In this document: positions 56,226 to 64,000 of the stretch, one piece after another
Position numbering within the stretch: the stretch's first letter is position 1
Layout: each line of letters opens with the position of its first letter
Assembly (NCBI RefSeq): GCF_009914755.1
Contig: NC_060934.1
Strand: one strand, 5' to 3'
DNA length: 64,000 nt
Source: the human T2T-CHM13v2.0 reference genome, Homo sapiens
The notes under the pieces: generated by a model
The model's input: only the letters and a program-made list of their open reading frames with translations
Database searches by the model: none
What the model was told of the DNA's origin: nothing
Made by a program: the position numbers and the translations under genes

Positions 56226-57439
56226 TATTTAGAATGTGGGGGAAACAGAGACTGATGCACTGTATCTATGTGACGATAAAACTCCATCATATTAGTTAGA
56301 AGGGAGGAGAGTAACGTTGCTTTTTTATTTCTGGAAATCAGAAATCATATTGAGACAAAGTTAGAAAAAGCCATCTGTGTTTTGTTTGGCCTTGTATTGG
56401 ATTCATTCTGAATCGACTACTAAAAACAAAAGGCTTTGCTTCATTTCTTCTTTCCTTTTTATATTTGAAAGCACTGTTTGGGTTGTGATTTTTGTGATGC
56501 CTTTATTTTATTTTCTGGGACTGTGGGTGATTTTGGCAAAGATGTATGACCCTTAACTCAAAAGGGCGCGGTTTACAGGCTAACTGAGGGTGGGTTTATG
56601 AGCAGCATTATTCTGCAGGAACACAGAACTGTACAGACAAGGCGGACCACAGAGTGGGGCCTGAAGCAGCAACCTGTCAGCCTCCCCTTGCTGCAAACAC
56701 CTGCTCTGCCCCACTGGATCCCAGGTACACTCGTGGCCATGTGTGTGGGTGGGCTTGAACATTGCCACTCCCCCTCCAAGAACAAACACCCCCTCTCCAA
56801 CACTAAGAAAAATATCAGCATGGAACATAAACGTTCCCCTCAGATAATCAAATAATTCACCCCAAACTGTCCACTGTGCCGTCACTGGCTAAAGCGAGCT
56901 GACTTTTCTGTATACACGCCATATCATTTTCCTGGATTATTTCCCAAAACTTGACAGACCTTAGGAAAGCTATTTTTGAGACTTTGCTGACAGTTTTTCT
57001 GGACCCACAGTATGTATTTCAGACATTTCAGTAATAACTCTGTGACCTCATTATATGCGTATTTTTGTATGATCCTGTGGGTATTGGTGTGAGGACACAC
57101 CTTGTATTCTTATTTAAAAATCCCAAGTTAAAAACAGCCCTGGCCTTTTCGAGTCACGTCCGTACATCTGAGTTTGGACTAGGAGAGTGACTTAGTTCAC
57201 TACAACATTTTACCAAAAGATATTGAAGCAATGTTTTTTCCAAAATATGGCATAACACAGAATTCTTGGATTTGCTGAAATCCTACAGATTTTTCTGTGT
57301 TCGTTTGTTTGCCATATTCATGCAGGTGATTTGCAGGTGTGCAACCTGGAGTCCAGCTGTCTTGCTCTTCATGCTGGGCACTGTTTGTTCTCTGCTCGCC
57401 CAGCACAATTTATATTACAGAACTCACAGCGAGGTGGAG

Positions 57440-57610
57440 AGAAGACACAGTGTCCGGAGTCAGGAGCTCTGGATTCGAGTGCACATTCACCCATTGATAA
57501 TACTGAGCAGGCAATTCACCAAAACCACCTTGTGCTGCACCCTCTTGAATAGCAACTTAATACATGTCCGGGAGCCGCCTCATATAGTTGGGTTAGTTGA
57601 GATAATGAAC
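57440..57610 (+). mobile_element. MIR fragment
   Basis: GGAGTCAGGAGCTCTGGATTCGAGT...CCTCATATAGTTG...GAGATAATG. Confidence 0.55.
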
Positions 57611-58064
57611 TTGGCCAGCTTTGAAACAGGAAGTTTTTGAAACTTGCCGGTGTGCCTGCATGTTCTGTGTGTGCCACTCTCATGCTGCTAGCAGTGCCTT
57701 GCCTGTTCTTGGTGTTCTTGGAAGATACCTGAGCTCTTACTTTGACTCCTCAAGGTGTTTGGTTCGCATTCATTGACAACAGTGCAGTTTGTACCCAGAG
57801 GCTCTGACTTCACTCTGTTGAAGGTTAAAGAAGATAGTGGCCTTAGGGGAGTCATCAGGCCATTCTACTGAAGGTGGGTGGCATCTTTAATGCAGCTGGC
57901 AGCCTGTCTGGGGCATGGTCCTTGCTCAGGACTTATTTCCCTTCTTTTTTCTCACCTTTAAGTAGAAATGTACATAAGGACACAACTAGATATTGATTTG
58001 CTAAGTTCAGTGATATTCAAAGTGAAAATGATACATATACTTCTGGATTATTTTCGTTGCAAAA

Positions 58065-58900
58065 TTTGTTCATTCTTTCCCTATTCGGTGTGCATTGAGT
58101 GCCTGCTAAGGGCTGGGCAGAGTGCTAGAAGACGGGAACTGTGTGAGCCAGCACAGGTGTGGAGCCTGTTTTCTGGGAGCTGAGAAGTTGGGGGTGGAGA
58201 GGAGGCACACTGGACATTGCTTGAGCAGCCAAATGAGATGACAGGTGTGATCCCAGCACACTGAAGGAGAGGCACACGGTTCTCTAAGAGTGTGTGAGGA
58301 GACGAGTAGGGCTGGGATGGCTGGGAGCTGTGACATTGGAAGGACTTAACCATGTGTGCAGGAGGCAGTAGCCTCCTGGGGAGAGGCAGCAGCATGTGCA
58401 AGGATGGGGGCCCAGCACTGGGTTCATCCTACAAGCATGTGTCCGGGCCTCAAGGCCACTCTGATGACTGCTTTCCCTCCCTGAGCCTCCTGCAGTGAGA
58501 GTGAAGCTCACGAATGCTTTGGGTGTGGCATGGCAGTGTGGTCTCATTGTGTAAGGTGTTTTGATTATGTGTGGACTTTTGCGCCAGGACTATTTTAAAT
58601 GCTGGGGATGTCGTGCTGAATAAGCCTGACCAAGCCTCTGCCTTCGTGGAGTTTGCCTTCTACTTAGGCAGGGGCTCAGATAGTAATCCAGCAAACCTAT
58701 AACTGGGCCCTGCAATGTCAGAGACTATGAGTGTTATGAATAGAAATAGATACAGTTTAACAAGGGGCCAGAGGGGCCTGAAAGGCTGCATTGCTGTGGG
58801 CAGGGAGGTCTGGGAAAGGCTTTGGAGTGTGGGTGCTGGGGCTGTCCCTTGACCAGAGACTGGAATGATGAAGCCAGCCTTGCCAAAGGGTCCCCTCTGT
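58065..58900 (-). mobile_element. L2 3' fragments
   Basis: TTCATTC...CATTGAGTGCCTGCTAAGGGCTGGGCAGAGTGCTAG; TGCTGGGGAT...CTCTGCCTTCGTGGAGTTTGCCTTCTA. Confidence 0.6.
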
Positions 58901-61072
58901 GACTTGCTCTGACACCCTAATGGCAGGGATCTGCCTCCTTGCCTCCTCTCTACCACACAAAACTGATTGCCTTCCCCAAGGACAACAAAGGAGAAGAAAA
59001 GAAAACGAAGAAATCAGAAAGGATAAAACCAAGAGAGATCACCAAAGGCGCGTGGTGCAAATACTGATCACATCAGTAAGAAAACTGTTTCCATCCCTGA
59101 TTTGCTTTTCTTTTAAATAGGATATTCAGTCATAGCTTCACTATAAAATTGATTTATTGTGTTGAAATAATTTCCGTAGCAGGGGAACTAATTGGATTGT
59201 GTAGCATAAAGAAAATGTATGTGGGACAATGGGGAAGAATTGAGCCAAAATGAATCCAATATATTTTAATCTCTGCAATACAGATTATATTTTCAATTAA
59301 GAAGCTTAACTTGCATGTGTTCGGCGGGCGGGAGCTTCCCAGAGCACTTCCCGCATGTGTTTATGGGTAATAAATCACTTAGCATTAAGAAGGTAGACGA
59401 TCATTAGCCCATGATCACTCAGTTGCCTCCTGTTAATAGCAAAGTCAATGCACACCATCACTGTGGCCATATTCGGGTGGTAAAATGTGGAGTTACATGG
59501 AAAGTGGAACTGTTATATTGGTGAATACGATTTACTAGACGGAACAAGGAAAACCTGAATTCCATCCCCTGTGGGCCATGGAAAGCCCATATTCACAGTC
59601 AAGTGTGAAAGTGGCTTTTGGGCCACCCGTGCCCTGTCTGAAAGCAGAGCATCATGTGGCCACGTGTCTGCTCGGCTCTGCCTTACTAATTGTGTTTAAC
59701 CTGAGCTCTGCTACAGACAGACTTTGGTCTTTGCTCCATGCGTGCTTCTGGCATGACCTAGGAGTTGCTTGCCAGTGATGGGCAGAGGGCGAGGGCAAGA
59801 CGCTGGCTAGCCTTTGTCCAGTGGTCCACTTGTCTGGGATCGCATTTCATCTTAAAGCAACCCATGAGGTGGAGGAACCATGATCATCATATTATATAGG
59901 CCATGGAATCTGCCTCGTGGGCTGTCGTAGCAGAGCAGTCAACAAGTTAGAAGCCAGAGCCCTTGTGCACTCATCGGTGCCCACAATAACTCATTAGGTT
60001 TTTTCCTTTTCTTCCTCTCAGTCCCAGTAGCCGTCTAAGAGCAGAAGCTTCTGGGGCCTGGCCTTGCAGACACTGACCTTTGACTCACCTCTTTATGATT
60101 AAGACAAGAGCATGGAAGAAATAAAGGGGTCATTAAAAAAAAAGAAAAGGAATCTGGCAGGAAAAGCAGAGGCAGATGTGGAGCTGGTTTAAAAATCTAT
60201 TTCAAGTCTTTCCAGTGGCTGGCTGGGTAGGCAGGGGCCGCCAACACGCAGGGGCCAATGCAGCCAAGGAGCAGTTGCGTAAGTCCTTGCGTAAGTAGAA
60301 TGAGATGCCCAGGGCTCCCTTGAGCGCGGCCACGTGGCTGGGAACCTGTCAGGTTTTATAGCATCCAATCAGACACCGTGCACCAGGATGGAGAGCCCGG
60401 AAAGAGGTCAGAGCTGGGGAAGGCAGGTGGGGGCTGTAAACCCAACAGCAGTGTGAGGAATGGGCTCAAGGCGGATGGAGTGAGCAGAGGTGTCCCAGGG
60501 ACAGTGGCGAGCCTGAAACTAGACATGGGGAGAGAAGAGACAGAGACAAGAATAACAATGGTAGTAAGGTGGCAGATCCTCAGTTTAAAATCTGGCCACG
60601 ATGCCATTCACTTAGGCACTTGCTTGTTCTAGAAATATTTATTAAGCACTAGGTGTGGCAGGTGTAGAATGGATTTGCCCCCAGGAAACCCTGGATCTGG
60701 GGCTCCGAGTCATCTGTCTACGTCCTCTGGAGCCTTCCTTGTCGATTGTCCCTTCACCTCCAGATTCTTCTACTGCAGGGAAGCTCCCTTGACCTCACCC
60801 TCACCCTCACTGTGGACACCTCTGTTTTGTCCTTCACAGCCAGACCACACAGAGTGGTCCCCTAGGTCCCCAGCCTTCACTCACTCTTCATCTCCCCATG
60901 AGGCTAATGAAATCTGTTCTACTGCAGTTATCAATGGTGTCCTCATCAATAAGCCCACATTACCGCCCTCCCCAGTCTCAGACACTGTTGATGGCGCCCT
61001 TGCTGTTAAGTGCTCTTGTCCAGTAGCTTCCATGACCCCGCGTCTTGCGCTGTTTCCCTCTGGCATGTCTCA

Positions 61073-61272
61073 TTCCTTCTCTCCCTCTCGCTCTATCTCT
61101 CTCCCTCTCCTCTCCTCCCCTCCCCTCCCCGTCCTCCCCCTCTCTCTCCTCCCCTCTCCTCCCCTCGGCCCTATCCTCCCCTCCCCTCTCCTCTCTTCCC
61201 TCCCTTCCTCCCTTCTTTCCTTCCTCTATCCTCCCTTCTCTCGCTCTCTCTCTAGCTCATTTTTTTTTTCTT
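61073..61272. repeat. Polypyrimidine (C/T) low-complexity tract
   Basis: Nearly pure C/T for about 200 bp. Confidence 0.95.
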
Positions 61273-61714
61273 CTGCCCGGAAGAAATACTGGCATTCTCC
61301 AAGGCTCTTTTCTCAGCCTTCTTTTTTAGGTTCTTATTCTAAAATCTCTCTTCAGTGCTCTCTCATTGATTTCCAAGGATTTCTTTATAAGTGGACTGAG
61401 ATTGAGTACAAAATGTACCTTCAACTCTTGACCTTCACCTGATCCCAGACCCCACTTTCACCTGGGTCCCCAAGGCTGAGCACAGGTCCCTCCTATCCCC
61501 AAGGAGGTGCTCTGAACCCACTCCCCATGGCTGTGGATGGCTCCCCAACCTTCTGCATGAGGTAGACACCCAGTTACCTCTGCAGCGTCCTTCCCTTCAG
61601 CCAAACCCCTCCCCCCGCCGCCCCTGCTAAATTTACTTTGTCACCCTTTCTAGACCAGGTCAGTTCCAGACATGACCTGGATGCTCCTTCTCCTTAAAGA
61701 GTGAATGAGCAAGA

Positions 61715-62013
61715 GGCTGGGCGCAGTGGCTCACACCTGTAATCCCAGCACTTTGGGAGGCCAAGGCGGGCCAATCACCTGAGGTCAGGGGTACAAGACC
61801 ATCCTGGTCAACATGGTGAAACCCTGTCCCTACAAAAAATACAAAAATCAGCCAGATGTGGTGGCACACACTTGTAATCCCAGTTACTTGGGAGGCTGAG
61901 GCACGAGGATCACTTGAACTCAGGAGGTGGAAGTTGCAGTGAGCCGAGATCATGCCACTGCACTCTAGTATGGGAGACAGAGCGAGACTCTGTCTCAGAA
62001 AAAGAAAAAAAAA
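61715..62013 (+). mobile_element. Alu (AluSx-like)
   Basis: Full dimer; AATGAGCAAGA on both flanks. Confidence 0.97.
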
Positions 62014-62075
62014 GAGAATGAATAATGAGCAAGAATGATAGGCCATGGCAGATTGGCACACACATAATTTTATAA

Positions 62076-62382
<307 letters not shown>

Positions 62383-62405
62383 GGCACACACATAATTTTC
62401 TAAAC

Positions 62406-62756
62406 CAGGGGTTGACAAGCTGTAACTGATGACCCAATCCAGCCCTCCATCTGTAGTGTGTATGCATGTGTGTGTCCCACAAGCTAGGAATAGATTTTAT
62501 GTTTTTAAAGGATTGAAAAAAGGCAAGAATACTATTTTATAACAGATGAAAATTATATGAATTTAAATTTTGCTGTCTATACATAAAGTTTTATTGGCAC
62601 ATAGTCATACCCATTCACTTTTTGTATTGTCAGTGGCTGCTTTTGCGCTGTTATAATAGCAGAGTCTATTAGTGAATGCAGAAGAGACCATATGGCCTGC
62701 AAGGCCTGACTTCTTTACTGTCTGATCATTTACAGAAGAAGTGTACTGATCCCTTG
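62406..62756 (+). mobile_element. MER58B-like hAT-Charlie element
   Basis: CAGGGGTTGACAA...ATAAAGTTTTATTGGCACATAG...GAGACCATATGGCCTGCAAGGCCT...TTTACAGAAGAAG...GATCCCTTG. Confidence 0.88.
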
Positions 62757-62950
62757 ACTAGACTGTCAAGAATGGAAAGTGCACTGTTAAGAATGGGCAC
62801 ATCTTATTCACAGACTGCAATCAATAATCAATAATCAATCACTCTGATGTAACCTGAGAACATACTGTGTAGAAAGCATGCTGTAGAGGATAGCGTGTGC
62901 TTCCCCTTGTGCTCCCCAGTCTGTTTCACAAGTTCTGGATGATTGATCAA

Positions 62951-63065
62951 TGCTCGATCAATGCGAGCTCCCTTCTCCATCATGGGAAGAATGGGAAGCC
63001 TGCCCCTCCCCTGTGGTGCATCTGGCATCCGAGCTGGTGTTCATCGCTTCCCTCTCTGCTGGGTG
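62951..63065 (+). repeat. Copy 1 of 115-bp dispersed direct repeat
   Basis: Gap-free alignment to 63694-63808; 102/115 identical by hand. Confidence 0.93.
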
Positions 63066-63693
63066 AGGACCTCGTGGGTGAGGACTTCCACATAAAAATG
63101 AGGGGTAAGGCGCAAACATCAGACCAGAGTCACAGGAGACATTATCTTCCCCGTGGCCGCCCTGCCTGGTGAGTTTACTGATTTGCCTAAGGGTGGTGCT
63201 GGTGTGTGTCTTGCACCATGCCTCCCTCCAGCCTCTCAGATATGTCCTGTCCGGTGGGGACGTCTCTCCTGTGTATATTTTTGGTGGCTGAGCAAAGTGC
63301 TTGTGGTTCCTTTCAGCCAATTGTGCTGAGGCAAAGGCGGGCCACTTAAATTGCAGTTTCTCTGATGTATCTTCTAAAAGCCAAAGGTCGTTATCCACAA
63401 AGGGTACTTTTGTGTAACACCAGGCACTCGAGTAGATCTGTGGGGTCTTCCCTCTGTGGGTGATGAGTCTGGGTTTCAGCATCCCGCTTCCCCAGACCAC
63501 ATGGCCACTGATCCGTGGGGTGCACAGAAGGACAGGCAGTCACATGCCTGCTTCTTTGAGTTCTGCCACCTACGAGCTGAGTAACCTGGGCAAGTGGTGA
63601 ACCTCATGGATTCTTTGTTGCCACCAGCAAATTGGGGAGAGTAATTGAGAGGGCATTTCTGAGCTCCTGGCTCAGCAGGTAGCATGTTAGAGC

Positions 63694-63808
63694 TGCTTGA
63701 TCAATGCGAGCCCCCTTCTCCTTCATGGGAAGAACAGGAAGCCTGCTCCTCCCCTGTGCTGCATTTGGCATCTGAGCTGGTGTTCAGTGCTTCCCTCACT
63801 GCTGTGTG
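63694..63808 (+). repeat. Copy 2 of 115-bp dispersed direct repeat
   Basis: TGCTTGATCAATGCGAGC...CTTCCCTCACTGCTGTGTG. Confidence 0.93.
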
Positions 63809-64000
63809 GTTGCCAAAGCCTCCTGTGGAGTAAGGCCCTGCACTGCTTCATCCTCCTGGGAGAGCAGGCAGTGGAGCAGGATGCTGCATACAGAGCTGGT
63901 TCTTGGTTCTTGAGGAGGGGGAGCGGTGGCTCTGCCAGCTCAGCTGTGAGTGGTCCCAGGATGAAGGAACAGCAGGAAACAAAGATACTCTCAAGGCCAT

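Noticed and set aside
57372-57405. TGCTGGGC...GCCCAGCA hairpin as a possible pre-miRNA
   Set aside because: Only an 8-bp stem; too short, and no mature miRNA recognised.
60669-61442. 257-aa Pro/Ser/Leu-rich ORF
   Set aside because: Its length is driven by the stop-free C/T tract; no domain or exon structure.

Overview
This is primate, most likely human, non-coding genomic DNA. It contains about 22 Alu/FRAM copies, L1PA/L1M, L2, MIR, MaLR (THE1, MST, MLT1), MER31 and hAT/Tigger DNA-transposon fossils. I recognise no protein-coding exon, RNA gene, CRISPR array or intact mobile element. The long ORFs are artefacts of a TG-rich minisatellite, of Alu/L1 sequence or of low complexity. Every L1 fragment I found is on the minus strand, which weakly suggests a large intron of a gene transcribed from the + strand; I cannot name the gene. 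Repeat families and subfamilies were assigned from memory of consensus sequences, and edges of old elements are approximate. The main structures that ordinary repeat annotation does not explain are: (1) a gap-free 163-bp inverted repeat in apparently unique sequence (6405-6567 / 7478-7640) with strongly asymmetric CpG decay; (2) a 1.7-kb modular TG minisatellite carrying about 58 UGCAUG (RBFOX) motifs among UG runs; (3) a 115-bp dispersed direct duplication (62951-63065 / 63694-63808); (4) a tail-to-tail inverted Alu pair only about 70 bp apart; and (5) several 27-52 bp tandem duplications and motif-dense candidate enhancers. I cannot demonstrate a new biological system from sequence alone; items 1 and 2 are the best leads.
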